From Schmidtea polychroa (lineage: Eukaryota): a stretch of 64,000 nt of DNA. Where the stretch lies: the NCBI GenBank assembly GCA_044892525.1, contig CM097885.1, positions 11,286,001-11,350,000 on the forward strand, given 5' to 3'. A program made the translations under genes and the position numbers. Shown piece by piece: positions 48,896-61,095 of the stretch (within the stretch, counting starts at the first letter, position 1; every line of letters starts with the position of its first letter). Below the pieces are notes generated by a model. It did not search any database and was not told the origin of the DNA. It worked only from the letters and a program-made list of their open reading frames with translations.

Positions 48896-50242
48896 TTACA
48901 TTAACCATTGTAACGGATTATGATCTGTATAAACAATAAATTTCCGACCCACTAGATATTGTCGAAATGTTGTTATCCCATATACCAAAGCTAAAGTTTC
49001 TTTTTCAATTGTTGAATAATTTTTCTCATGGGGTTTCAGTGATCGGCTAGCATATGCAATGACATGATCCTTTTCTCCTTCTACTTTTTGCCCCAACACT
49101 GCCCCTAATGCAAAACCACTTGCATCTGTCATTAATATGAACATCTTTGTAAAATCTGGGCATCGCAATATTGGATTAATTATAAGATTTTGTTTGAGAA
49201 TTTCGAAAGCATCTTGTTGAGCTTTATTCCACGTAAATTTAAGAGTTTTCTTTAATAACATTGTTAATGGTTGAGCAATATGTGCAAAGTTTCTAATAAA
49301 TTTTCTATAATAACTTGCTAACCCGAGAAACTGTCTGACGTCATCAACATTTTTTGGAATAGGATATTCTTGGATTTTCTTAACATTATCTGGATTTGGT
49401 TGTAAACCCCTCCGTGAGATAATATGTCCAACATATACTACCTCTGACTTACCCCATTCACATTTTGATGGTTTGATTTTGAGACTTGCTTCTCTAAGCC
49501 GTTTAAATACTGTCTCATCTCTCACATGCTCCTCAAAGTCACTTGAAAATATTATAATATCATCTATGTACACTAAAGCATGTGGGATATCTCTCAGTAC
49601 AAAATTCATTCCTCTTTGAAATGTTGCTGGTGCATCTGTCAAACCAAATGGTAAAACATTAAATTCATACAAACCTTTTCCATCTGAGAATGCTGTTTTT
49701 CCTTTATCTGATTCTTTAACTTTGAATTGATTATACCCTTTATTTAAATCAATAACAGTAAAATATTGAGCTTCTCCCATTTTGTCGAACATTTCCTGAG
49801 GAACTGGGATTGGATATGTATCCTTTCTTGTAACTTGGTTCAATTTTCGATAATCGATACAAAATCTTATTTCACCGTCTTTCTTCTTAACAACAACAAT
49901 GGATGAAGAAAATGGTGAAAAACTGTCTCTGATGATATTGAAATCCTTCATCGCCTTTATTTGTCTATCACTTTCCTCTTGATGTGCATAAGGAATTCTG
50001 TATGGTCGTAGTTTAATTGGAGTCTCATCCATTAATGGAATTTCGTGCTCAATTACATGAGTAACTCCTAGATCATATTCATGTTTTGCAAAGACGTCTT
50101 GATATTTTCTCAATAATTTCATAAATGTTTGTATTTGTTCTTGGGTCAAATCTTTACTGTTTACTTGAGGTTCTTTGTATATTTTTATATTTTTTGGTAA
50201 TCTTTTATTGTCCATTTTTAAGATTTTTGTCAATTTTCCCAA
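48896..50242 (-). CDS. Gypsy reverse transcriptase and RNase H (polyprotein segment)
   Basis: RFCIDYRKLN, LPFGL, YIDDIIIFS, TDASGFALGAVL and YTDHNPL. Confidence 0.96.
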   Translation of the reverse strand: MGKLTKILKMDNKRLPKNIKIYKEPQVNSKDLTQEQIQTFMKLLRKYQDVFAKHEYDLGVTHVIEHEIPLMDETPIKLRPYRIPYAHQEESDRQIKAMKDFNIIRDSFSPFSSSIVVVKKKDGEIRFCIDYRKLNQVTRKDTYPIPVPQEMFDKMGEAQYFTVIDLNKGYNQFKVKESDKGKTAFSDGKGLYEFNVLPFGLTDAPATFQRGMNFVLRDIPHALVYIDDIIIFSSDFEEHVRDETVFKRLREASLKIKPSKCEWGKSEVVYVGHIISRRGLQPNPDNVKKIQEYPIPKNVDDVRQFLGLASYYRKFIRNFAHIAQPLTMLLKKTLKFTWNKAQQDAFEILKQNLIINPILRCPDFTKMFILMTDASGFALGAVLGQKVEGEKDHVIAYASRSLKPHEKNYSTIEKETLALVYGITTFRQYLVGRKFIVYTDHNPLQWLM

Positions 50243-50269
50243 TTTCGTTTTTGGTCTTAATGCTATTTC

Positions 50270-50830
50270 TTAATCATTATTGTTGGTAATATAAACAGGA
50301 ATTAATTGGTCTTGGACTTTTACTAGTTCATCGCACATGGGGATATCATACTTTTCGATTAATGTTTCACTTGGTTGAAATATAAATTCATCATCTGGAA
50401 CTCCCATTGTATTCACATAACAAATAACTTCACTTTGAGGTGGAACTCTTAATGTTTGGTTTAGAAACACGTCTCCTGTTTCATGAATGGCTTTCCCCGT
50501 TTCTTCCATAATCAAATTTCCCGTTTTCAAATCAAGACAAACTCCTTCTAGCTGTGCTAAAACATCCATACCCACTAAGCATTCCACTGGACAATTTTGC
50601 ATTATTAGAACATCATGAGCAATTTCCTGATTTCCAATATTGAACTTGACTCTAATCTGCCCAATAATATTTAGTTTGTTTTTCGTCATTGATCGTACCA
50701 CTTCTTCTGTACTTCTCATTTGTGCTTTCTCATCTGAATTCAACACTTCGTCTGATAATATCGTATTACTCGAACCTGAATCTAATCATGCTTCAACTCT
50801 ATGTTTATTTACTTGTACCCATATTCTTGG
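50270..50830 (-). pseudogene. Gypsy aspartic protease and spacer
   Basis: LDSGSSNTIL catalytic motif and CLVGMDVL. In frame with the upstream glycoprotein and downstream RT, separated only by stops. Confidence 0.88.
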
Positions 50831-53142
50831 TTATCTGCCTCTGTTTCCGACTGTCATTAGCGCATAATTTCCTGGTAATCCCAGCATATTTCTCCTTTCA
50901 ATTTCTGCACTTGTCGGTATAATTTGCTCATTTGTTAATTCAATATTCTCAATTGGCCTCATTTCCTTTAGGTTTTCCACTGGATATATTGGTGCTGTTG
51001 GAATAAAAGTTTTTGGAATACATAATCGACTGAAAGTGTCTGTTCCACTTGCCTGTGGTACTGTATGTAATAAACTCATAGATTTAGATTTTTCCTTTAT
51101 ATCATTTATTTTTGTTTTATTATTTTTATAATAATACATAGGGGGTACTCTTGGTTTATCATTATCATTATCCCCATATCCACTTCCATTACTCGAACTT
51201 GAATCAATATTTCTTTTATTGTTAGTTAGTCGTGATTTTACTTTCCCCATTTCTTTGTATTGATGCTTGGTAATCAGAAATCTGGCCAAGAACGGTATGC
51301 ATCCAATAATCAATTTCCATGACCAACCAGATATAACATATAATTGGTGTGTAGTTAATATTTGAGATATTATTACCTTTGTCATCACTATTATAACATA
51401 AATTCCAATCAATCCCGCACACGCTTGTCCTAAAAACATAAATTTTCCCCATATATTTTTCATCGTATTATACGTTGCCTTTTTATAATGATCTGGTGTT
51501 AATAGATAATCATAGTTTACTTTTCCTTCACCTCCTGGTAGTATAGTATCAATCATTTCAGTTATTACTCGTTCCTTTTTCGATGGAAATAACAAATTCA
51601 TTCTAGCTTCCTCAACATCTTCTTGAGAATACAATCCGGTTTGTGCTAATTTATCCAATGATGTGAAATTTATTAAATACTCAAGCTTTGTTAATTCGAG
51701 CTTTTCTGGAGTTTTTACTCCTTTGTGATCTGGTAACGATATCCATGAATCTGATGTTAATCGATATAATGGTGCGAGTAATCTGTTGCATTTTAAAACC
51801 TTTGGTTTTACGTCTTCCTCTAACAATATCCGAGTTATTGGTTCCATAAATCTTAGTTTACCATTGGCACTCACTGGTAATTCATTTGTGCATTGTTCGT
51901 GTTTTATAATTTGTACGGAAATTTCATTGCATTTATAGCTATACAACGCTTCACCAAATATCCTTGCAAATACACCGTTTTCCGATATTAACATAGGTGC
52001 TACTAAATTCGGATTTGTGACCGCCATCGCCATTCTATTTCGTAATATTTCTTTGTTTAATTTACAATCGTTTAATATCATTTCTCGATAAATATTTTCC
52101 ACAATGCTTTGGCTGTAATGGAAAAGATAATCTATTTTGTTATTGAAATAATTTGTCAATTTAATATCTGTACTATGTATTTTAATTTGAGCTTCCTCGA
52201 CTCTTTTCTTGGACACATAAATCCCTTTATAATTCGTCTCATACACCGTTTGGCCGCACTTATCCACTACTCGTTTTCGTATGAATCTCATCCCATCGTC
52301 CAATAAAGTTGACATCAGAACTACTGGAGTTTTTCTCTTTCTCAATCGCGTAATTTTAACTGTCATATCCGGCTTTGCTTCCACATTCAATCTTTCCGGT
52401 CTATCTCTCAATTGCTCGCCACTCATTTCACTGAAACTCATTGATTTCAAATGTATCAAGTTACACAAGTTTTTCTTTACTTCATATACCAAAATCGATT
52501 CTCCTGTTTGACAACTGGTCTGTTTCATATTACAGAATGGATGAGTTTGTAATTTGCCTGTATCATCGTCAAAAGCTCCTTTAAATTCTCTCAATTCTGT
52601 TAAATATTCCTCCATCACAACAACTTTGTCAATAATTTGCCCATTCATTTTGTATGGTTCGCCTTCACAATCACCATTGGCCTTTATCACCTCTTTTTCA
52701 ATAATCGTTTCTCGTATTGCATGATTCAATTTAGCCTTCAATTTAATTTCGGGACTTATTTTCAATTCTCCGGTCTGGAATGCAGCCATGCATTTTCTGG
52801 ATTTACATCAACTGGCGTTGGTATTGCATACATTTTTATTAATGATGTGTGACTCCATTTGCCACAATAGAATACAAAACTTGTTCTTTTCACAATACAT
52901 TCTCTCACCGTGGCATGTCTAAATCCAGACTCTTGATATACATAGTATTTTACATCTTTTTCCACTGTTAAACTCAGTGGATGTGCATCTGGACATTCTG
53001 TCATATCTACCATCGAATATACCTTTCCCATTTTTGTTTGAGAACAGCCATAAGCGATTAAAGACGTCGTTTGAGTTGTAATTGCACATAATATCATAAT
53101 CATGAACATTAAAAATGGAAATTTCATGGTGTTTCGTTTCAA
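50831..53142 (-). pseudogene. Chuvirus-like / gB-like (class III-type) envelope glycoprotein; frameshift near 52790
   Basis: Signal peptide, LIAYGC..YSMVD..EC, YCGKWSH, Y.NNKIDY, GEALYSYKC, CTNELPV..FMEPITRIL and C-terminal TM segments. Confidence 0.8.
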
Positions 53143-53762
53143 GACCCCTTATAATTTTCTCTCAATTCCACAACTGGTTTTATTTTTTGTTTAAGCGGCT
53201 TTTCCCAACCTCCATTCTCTTTTACCCATTTGCCAACATGTTTATGTAAAACTTTACTCGCCGTTTTTATTATTTCCTCTTGATTTTCCATATCTGAGCA
53301 ATCATAGGTTCCGATTTCTAACAAAATATAACTCATAATTGTTAATACCATATCTCTATCTATTTTCCCTGTCATCATCTCAGTTATCACATTATCATCG
53401 CAAAATTCCATACCTTCTTTTGCTTGTTTTAACACTACACAAAATCTCTTTTTAACTTTCTCTGCGATTTTTCTCACATATTTCTCAACTTGTATCCTCT
53501 CTGTTGATTCACCATATAATTCGTTTACTAGAGCACGTACAATTTTCTCAGTTTCCTTTGAGTCTTTCTGATCTTTCTCCTCTTGAAATTTCTGTATTAT
53601 TTTACATCTTATTTCATACAAATTTCTGCATTGTTTTTCTTTAATATCATTATCAATCGTCATCTTGGTCATATATGCCTCATTTTTAACTTCAGTTCTC
53701 ATTTCATTTTCAACAATAATCTGCTCCGCTTCATTTTCTATTTCATCTTTTTCAGTCTTCAT
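53139..53762 (-). CDS. Bcl-2-like domain in the retroelement polyprotein region
   Basis: BH3-like YVRKIAEKV, BH1-position KIDRDMVLTIMSY and BH2 VGKWVKENGGWE. Confidence 0.65.
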   Translation of the reverse strand: MKTEKDEIENEAEQIIVENEMRTEVKNEAYMTKMTIDNDIKEKQCRNLYEIRCKIIQKFQEEKDQKDSKETEKIVRALVNELYGESTERIQVEKYVRKIAEKVKKRFCVVLKQAKEGMEFCDDNVITEMMTGKIDRDMVLTIMSYILLEIGTYDCSDMENQEEIIKTASKVLHKHVGKWVKENGGWEKPLKQKIKPVVELRENYKGS

Positions 53763-53790
53763 CTCATTTTTAACAATAATCTCTCCAGTT

Positions 53791-54742
53791 TCATTTTTTT
53801 ATTACATCTCTTTTCATTTCTTGTTCATCGTGCATCTCATCATCATTACTCATTATCTCATTTTCCCAGTTCGGTAATTCCATTTTATTGCTTTCTTCTA
53901 CTTCCTTTGATTCAAATTGTTTCATCGCAACTAAATCATTAATAAACGTTTCCTGATTCGCCAAAGATCCATTTTCATCAAATTTTCGTGGTACACAGCC
54001 ACAATCAAATAAGTACTCATCATCATCATCTAACTCAAAACCTTTGTATGTCAATACAATTATTCCATCACTGCCCATAATTTCTGCTGCTCTCCGTCGT
54101 ATTTTACTCACTTTCGTACACCAATGCTCGTTGGTACATTCCACTTCTTGATCATTTATTTTTAACATTATTACGAATGGCTCAATATAAACTCCTTTTT
54201 CTCTAAATTCTTGTCCAAATTTACGAATAAGCTATTTTATCATTTCACTATATTTATTATCAGAATTTACATAGGATCTGACACAATCTAAAATTTTTAA
54301 TTTATCTTCCACTTCAAATTCTAAATTCAAAATATTATTTAATTTATCAATAATATCACCTGTGTCTCCCTTGATCAATGCGTCATTTAATTCAAATTTA
54401 ATTTTATTGACATCATATTTGACTGGTTTTTCATTGGCAATCATGCTCACTATTTGTATCTCATTTTCAACGCCGGGGATCAATCCACAATCTATCAAAA
54501 ATTCGTCGTCTTCCAACACTCGATTCATAAATCTAAGTTCTACTGCCCAAACTTCACATTTGTGCATTATTTCTCTTTTTAACTCGCGTATTTTCCGTAT
54601 GCCTTAATTTGATACTCGGATTTGATGTCGCCTGATGTATTTGTTTTAATAAATATCGGGTCTAACCATTTGATTTTTCGTAGAGTTTGGCCAAATTCTT
54701 TCATATACTTTTCAAATACATCTCGCTTTTCCACACTTGCTG
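53791..54742 (-). pseudogene. Two tandem ubiquitin-like domains (disrupted)
   Basis: IFIKT..G...KIRELKREI..ELRFMNRVLEDDEFLIDCGL and KVSKIRRRA..VLTYKGFELDDDDEYLFDCG follow the ubiquitin fold pattern. Confidence 0.62.
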
Positions 54743-55144
54743 AGTAGATGGTATGGTCACCGCTAGAACAGGTCACCGCTGGAACAAAGACATTTTTTAC
54801 CCCACCCCCCCCGCCGGCCGGAAAAAATTAAAAAAATTTTTTTTTTCAAGAACAAAGACATATGACTCATCCGATGACTCATCAAGCATTGAAGGTCAAC
54901 TTAAGAACAAAGACATATGACTCATCAATGATATATAATTATTATTATTTTTAAAAATATTATTATTTCTAATGTCTTTGTTCCAGCGGTGACCTACTAT
55001 TTGGCCTGCCAAAAGTTATCGTTCACATCAACTTATTTCATCGATCGATAGCTTATTTTGAAGCTTGGTGCAAGACCTTTCGAATGAGCTATTGTTGTCA
55101 TCACCATCTTTAATATTGACAAAGTTATTAACATTTTCCCAAGA

Positions 55145-55216
<72 letters not shown>

Positions 55217-55351
55217 GAGTATTAATCTATATACTCCGAGTTTATCCGACAAAATATTTTGTCCCCCTATGGGTAATGCTCAAAAGGGTACTGCTCACGC
55301 TCAACAACTCACAAGGGTATTATTAAACAAATCAACAAAACATACATTTAT

Positions 55352-55848
55352 TTAAACAATAAAATAATGTAAAATTAACAAAGGTAAACTAAATATTGAT
55401 GTACTATTCGCAGCAATATTGTTTGAAATTGGTAACGTTGAATTGATTTTCAGATATTCTATTGATCCTTTGATTGTTTGAATTTCTCTTAATAATAATT
55501 CAATCTTTTTTAATAAATAATCATGCTTCTTATCAATAATTTTCATATTCTTTTAATTTTCAACAATAGAGTTATTGAAAACTTCAATATGATCAATCAA
55601 TTTAATTTTTATATTTATATATATGCAAATGATAGTTCATAACTGTTTTCTAAATTCTCCAATCTTTGAGATATTCTTTTTCCTGGATGCTTTGACCATT
55701 TTGGTTTGTCGAGAATATATAAAATATCCATCAACTTGGCTGTATTCGGACAAACACATATTGATTTATTAAAAGACTCCACTGTTATTGTTGTATTGTG
55801 TGAGCACACACTCGTTATAATAATTAACAATATGAATATAGTTTTCAT
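55352..55848 (-). pseudogene. Secreted coiled-coil TIR gene, disrupted
   Basis: Homologous to 8879-9379. Confidence 0.6.
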
Positions 55849-55953
55849 GGTGTATCAAATCAAAACCTTTCTTTTACATTTATAGTCTATCAACCAATCA
55901 AAATCATACGGTATTAGTATAAATAAAACATCATATTTTAAATTATTGTAGAA

Positions 55954-56468
55954 ATGTCTCATTTTATGGAAAATCTTTTAAGTGAAATTATAAACAAGAA
56001 CATTCTGGAAAGCCTGAGTTTCCTAGTGGACCGGGCCGAAAAGATAATTGAAGGAAATCATATCGATTATCAGGATATGATCAATTCTGAGTGCCTGGAA
56101 ACGAAAAAATTCTATTTTCATAGGATTTTTAACTGCCTATGCGACGAGGAGATGAATTGGACCCGAATACTAGTAGGGTTCGCTTATATGAAGATAATAA
56201 TAGAAAAAAGTTTATGGGACTCGGAACATTATTATCAGTAGTCTCAAGAAGTAATACTTTTATAATCTATATTTTATTATTATTTATTTTCTAGATAATC
56301 AAGTCAAAGTTTCAACCATAGATTGAAGCCAATGGCGGATGGGGCGTACTGAATCAACTCGCCAGAAATGCGAAGGAAATAGATCAACAGAAAATTAAAT
56401 TTAAAAACTATATAAAACTTGCAACAGGTGTTGCTATTTTGTATGTTTTATGCCGGTTTTTTAAATAA
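55954..56468 (+). pseudogene. Bcl-2-family gene (intron 56251-56294), two Trp-to-stop changes
   Basis: MNWTRILVGFAY (BH1), P*IEANGGWG (BH2) and a TM tail. Confidence 0.87.
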
Positions 56469-56545
56469 AAATTAATATAGTTATTTTGTTTGATTTTTAA
56501 ATAAAAGTTTAAATAAATTTACAAACACTAATTAACTAAGATTTA

Positions 56546-56928
56546 TTAATTAACACATTCGCAGTCGTCATCTCCACATTTCATTATATTTTCAACGACA
56601 TGATCAATACAATCATACGTAATATTATCTTTAGGTTCATCTTTAGGTTCCTCTATAGGTTCCTCTATAGGTTCATCTATAGGTTCATAGATTTCCTCAT
56701 CAATTTCTTGAGTATCAGTTTCTTGAGTTTCTTCCTCCTCATCATCAAATCCTGTATCTTGACTCTCAACCATCCATCCGATATTTAAGGCATTTGTAAT
56801 AGATAATATGTCCTCAATTTTCACACCAGCTATTTCTGCTAACTTTTCCAACAAAAAGTTGATTAAAAATTCTAAATAATAAATAATTCGGTAATTAATT
56901 AATCATGTTAACCTTTTTCTGCAGTCAT
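56546..56928 (-). CDS. Small acidic accessory protein (one intron)
   Basis: Homologous to 40285-40619. Confidence 0.65.
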
Positions 56929-57061
56929 TTTCATCACTTTAAAGATATATTATAAGTTTGTTTATAGATTTTCTTTGTTAAATTTGCATGTCATTTGCAT
57001 TTATGTTGCAATTAATAAAGAGAAAAAACAAATCTGACTAATACATTTATTAAATATAACA

Positions 57062-57472
57062 CTAAAATATTTGTGAAAGTCTAGCAGACATAATTTTCCA
57101 AATAGGAGAATATACATCATTATTATCAACTTTATATCCCTGGATTGCCATAGTTATATACCAATTTTCATTTTCCTTGAAACTGATTTCATCAAAAGCA
57201 TCATAAAATCTTGCATATCTATTGTTGAACCATGCATGTTGATTACATGATAGATTCGAATCTATCCGTTTAAAAACATCATCAATTGTTTTGACATCAA
57301 TCATTGAAAGCGTGACGGATAAGAATTGAAATTTAGTTGGAATTAGCTTGACTGGTGCAACCAATTTCATATTGATTTCTTCTTTCAAAAAATACATTTT
57401 GTAGTTATGAAAGATTTGAACTGGTTGTACCATTTCTTTAGGTTTTTCGGTGCATGAAATTTTCTTGGTCAT
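57062..57472 (-). CDS. Possible OB-fold SSB accessory protein
   Basis: Homologous to 39732-40151. Confidence 0.6.
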   Translation of the reverse strand: MTKKISCTEKPKEMVQPVQIFHNYKMYFLKEEINMKLVAPVKLIPTKFQFLSVTLSMIDVKTIDDVFKRIDSNLSCNQHAWFNNRYARFYDAFDEISFKENENWYITMAIQGYKVDNNDVYSPIWKIMSARLSQIF

Positions 57473-57800
57473 AGTGAATAATGATGAAATTGAAATGTTA
57501 CAGGGTTTTTATACCTTTGACTCATGCCTATCAACCAATCAGATTATAGCATGTCTTTGTTTAAATTTGCATGTCATTTGCATTAATGCTGCATTTATGT
57601 TCTATTAATGTTTTATTATTACTATTATTATTTATATTATTTCTATTATTACTATTCATATTTCTATTATTTCTATTATTATTATTATTACTATTCATAT
57701 TTCTATTATTTCTATTATTATTACTATTATTATTACTATTATTATTTATTACTATTTCAAATATAAAATAAAAAAAAACACAACAGATACAAAAATACAT

Positions 57801-58218
57801 TTATTCATAACCTAAATCAACAATCCGGGAGTAGTGAAACCTTCTCAGAGTTTTCACTAACTCCCATTCGACATATCGCCGATATCGATCGGCACAGCAT
57901 GAGCATCCGATGATGCATTGGTACTCCGGCTCCATTTGTCTCATAGTTCTGTTGATTTTGATATCCCATAAAAATTGGTGGAATACCTCCATGATTCTTA
58001 TTTGGGTTGAATAAAAAATCAAATCAGGTATGATTTCCGGTTCCCGATCTTTGATTACTTCAGCAATTTGCGGATAATAATATTTTATCCTATTGATCAT
58101 TATTTCTAAATATTTTTCTAAAATAATAAATATAAAAAAATGTGAAAATAAAAATTTTAAATTTACCGTAGTCGTCAATATCTTTCATTAGATTTGCTGC
58201 GCTTGGAATTTTGTACAT
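57801..58218 (-). CDS. CxxGCxCC accessory protein (one intron)
   Basis: Homologous to 6520-6936. Confidence 0.65.
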
Positions 58219-58292
58219 TTTGTTGAATAAATGAATCCTAAACAAAAAACCGTTTGTTTAAATCAATCAATAACCAATTAGAAATTAACCAA

Positions 58293-58730
58293 TTAGAAAT
58301 CGACCAATGAAATTATCTCATTTCGAACATTGTCAACAAATTCTCTATACTCCAAATTTCTCAACTCCAGCATGACAACCTTTCCACTAGCAAACACGTT
58401 GACACATATAGGGTTATATTTTAATAGTCTTAGTGCCGGAAACAATTCCGGTTCAAACATACAATCACATTTTTTCGACATGTTATATAGATTGATACTA
58501 TGTCCCATATCCATAGTAACGGTAATTGATTGGATTATAATATTATTTATTCGATATTGTAATTTATTAATATCCAAAGGTTTCTTACATCCCATGATTC
58601 TACATTTGCCTGTCTTGAAAAATATTATCGGATATTTCCCGCTTCTATCGATAATTTGCTGGGGTTTCCCTGGTGGGAACCTCATATTCGATACATCAAA
58701 ATTTCCTCAATAATTTATATTTGCTAACAT
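58293..58730 (-). pseudogene. TBP-like gene with an early CGA-to-TGA stop
   Basis: Near-identical to 6008-6445. Confidence 0.85.
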
Positions 58731-58833
58731 TATTAAATCATTTATGAAAATTAGTCTTTATATACAAATTGAGCACGAGTTCATTAAATCATCGAATATA
58801 AACAAATACTCGTATATTTATAAAATTTTTGAA

Positions 58834-59460
58834 ATGGAATTAAGAAATGATGCAGTATACCAAATCGTTGGTCCGAGCGGTAGTGGAAAAACATTATTTG
58901 TTTGTAAATTATTAAAATCAGATTTATTGAAATCAAAATTCAACAAGATTTATTGGCATAGGGGTGCTGATGAAGAACATGGATTAACTCAATCAAGTTT
59001 CTGTAAATTAAAAAACATGAACATTGTAAAGGGATTCGATAAAAACTGGTCCAGCCGATTAAAGAAAGGTGATGTCATTATTATCGATGATTTGTATCAA
59101 GAAGCTAATAAAGAAAAAGATTTCAATAATTTATTTACAAAGATCAGCAGACATGTCGGTGTAACAGTTATTTTCATAAAACAAAATCTATTTCATCAAG
59201 GTGGGGCACATCGAACACGTAATTTAAATGTACAATATTTAGTTATTTTCAAGAATCCTAGAGATGCAACAGTGATTGATTTTCTTGCACGTCAAGCATA
59301 CCCTAACAATCGTAATTTTCTTATCAGTGCATTTCAAGATGCTACAAAAATACCTCATGGATATATATTTCTTGATTTCACACAACAATGTCCCGATGAT
59401 TTACGTGTAAAAACAGATATCTTCAACCCAAAAGGTGCCATGGTTTATAAACAAAGTTGA
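58834..59460 (+). CDS. Packaging ATPase
   Basis: GPSGSGKT and IIIDDL motifs. Confidence 0.92.
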   Translation: MELRNDAVYQIVGPSGSGKTLFVCKLLKSDLLKSKFNKIYWHRGADEEHGLTQSSFCKLKNMNIVKGFDKNWSSRLKKGDVIIIDDLYQEANKEKDFNNLFTKISRHVGVTVIFIKQNLFHQGGAHRTRNLNVQYLVIFKNPRDATVIDFLARQAYPNNRNFLISAFQDATKIPHGYIFLDFTQQCPDDLRVKTDIFNPKGAMVYKQS

Positions 59461-59478
59461 AAACCTCTATGAATAATA

Positions 59479-59997
59479 ATGTTTCTAAAAGCAAGGGTGA
59501 AAAATATTAGGAAATTAAGAAAAAGTATTAGAAAGAGTATTAAAGTTCCAAAAGTTCCACCAACAACTAGTTATACACTATCTAAAAAACTTGTAACTGA
59601 AAATTTCTCTGCAATGAATCTTATTTCGAAAAATCCTAAACCTAAACGTAAAACCCGTAAAACCAGTAAAAAAGTAGTTAAAAATCATCGCAGTTTTCCA
59701 TTTTTTAATGCATTGTTAAAAGCCCCGAGTATGAAAAGATTGAATATATTGCAATCATTCCCAAATTTTGTTGTCGATGATTTACTCAATATTATACTTA
59801 AAGTAGTCAAAGGCAAAATTAAAATCACTAAATCAAAAAAGCATTTATTGAGCAAACATAGGAAACCATTGTTATCTTTAGTAAATAATAAAAATCGTAA
59901 GCAAATGAGGAAAATTATATATAAACAACAAGGTGGATTTATTGGTGCATTGATACCTCTGGCATCATCATTATTAGGTGGAGTTACACAGTCATAA
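59479..59997 (+). CDS. Basic core protein with QQGG|F site
   Basis: Near-identical to 4735-5259. Confidence 0.72.
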   Translation: MFLKARVKNIRKLRKSIRKSIKVPKVPPTTSYTLSKKLVTENFSAMNLISKNPKPKRKTRKTSKKVVKNHRSFPFFNALLKAPSMKRLNILQSFPNFVVDDLLNIILKVVKGKIKITKSKKHLLSKHRKPLLSLVNNKNRKQMRKIIYKQQGGFIGALIPLASSLLGGVTQS

Positions 59998-60000
59998 ACA

Positions 60001-60228
60001 ATGGGTGCTAATCCTTCATTACCCGACATTAAATTTAATTTTAAATCTTCTTGTTGTAATGGAGAAGATTTGGACGAACCCAGAAGACGAAGCCGGTTTC
60101 GGTGGAGTGGCAAAATTAAAGAAAAGAGTTCCGAATTCGAAAAAAGAAACCCAGAAGTGGTTATCAGATCAGCTTGCGTACAGTTTGAACAAACCAATGC
60201 GGAAAAGATTTCCAACAAGAGCGTATAA
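60001..60228 (+). CDS. Small MGxxxS ORF overlapping the integrase
   Basis: Third copy of the 75-aa ORF. Confidence 0.5.
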   Translation: MGANPSLPDIKFNFKSSCCNGEDLDEPRRRSRFRWSGKIKEKSSEFEKRNPEVVIRSACVQFEQTNAEKISNKSV

Positions 60229-60446
60229 AACATTTGGTATTGACGATTTATGGAAAATGGATTTGATGGAGATGATACCTTATTCGAAAATTAACAATGG
60301 AAATAAATATATTTTAACATGTATTAATGTATACAGCAGGTTTGCACGAGCAATACCAGTCAAGGCAAAATCTGCAGAAGAAATGTCCAAGGCAATTAAT
60401 ATTTTATTTAAAGATGGACATCCTAATAACTTGCAAACAGATTTAG

Positions 60447-60508
<62 letters not shown>

Positions 60509-61095
60509 GTTATTATTATTATTATTATTTTAGGTAAAGAATTCTACAATAGCAAAGTTAAGCAAATCCTCGATAAACTGAAAATAAATCACTACTCGGT
60601 ACATTCTCAATACAAAGCTGCCCATGTTGAAAGATTTAATCGAACATTAAAAGATAGATTAAAGAAATTGTTCGTGCATCAAGGTAATAAAAATGGGTAA
60701 ATGCTTTACCGAAAATAATAACAAGTTATAATCATTCATCACATCGAGGACTGAATGGATTGAGACCGGTTGATATTACATCAAAAACATCATTGACTTT
60801 TAAGAAATCTGTAAAAATTGCAAAACCTAAATATAAAGTCGGTGACCATGTTAGAATTAGTAAAATTAGTGCATCACCATTTATTAAAAATTTAGATACA
60901 AATTGGAGTGATGAAGTCTTTGTAATTTCAAAAATAAATACTAAACAGAATCCTGTAATGTATGTCATCAAAGACAATGATAATAATATTGTACAAGGGA
61001 AATTTTATGAGCAGGAATTACAAGTCATTCCACCCCCAAAAGTATTTAGAATTCAAAAAATATTGAAAACTAAAAAGGTCGGTAAGGATAAACAA
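60059..61095 (+). pseudogene. Polinton integrase (intron 60447-60533), frameshifted and split by the hAT insertion; resumes at 63955
   Basis: DDE motifs present. 1-bp loss near 60690. Chromodomain codons continue after the TSD. Confidence 0.92.

Larger units (their letters stand above)
44494..54742 (-). mobile_element. Decayed giant Ty3/Gypsy LTR retrotransposon, internal region; cut at the 5' side by Polinton copy 3
   Basis: PR-RT-RH-INT order plus many extra domains; scattered stops and frameshifts. Confidence 0.9.

Noticed and set aside
45651..56330. Many stops at apparent Trp codons, suggesting deaminase editing
   Set aside because: TGG is one G-to-A change from a stop, and GC-to-AT drift in an AT-rich genome explains it. 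A consensus-based context test would be needed.
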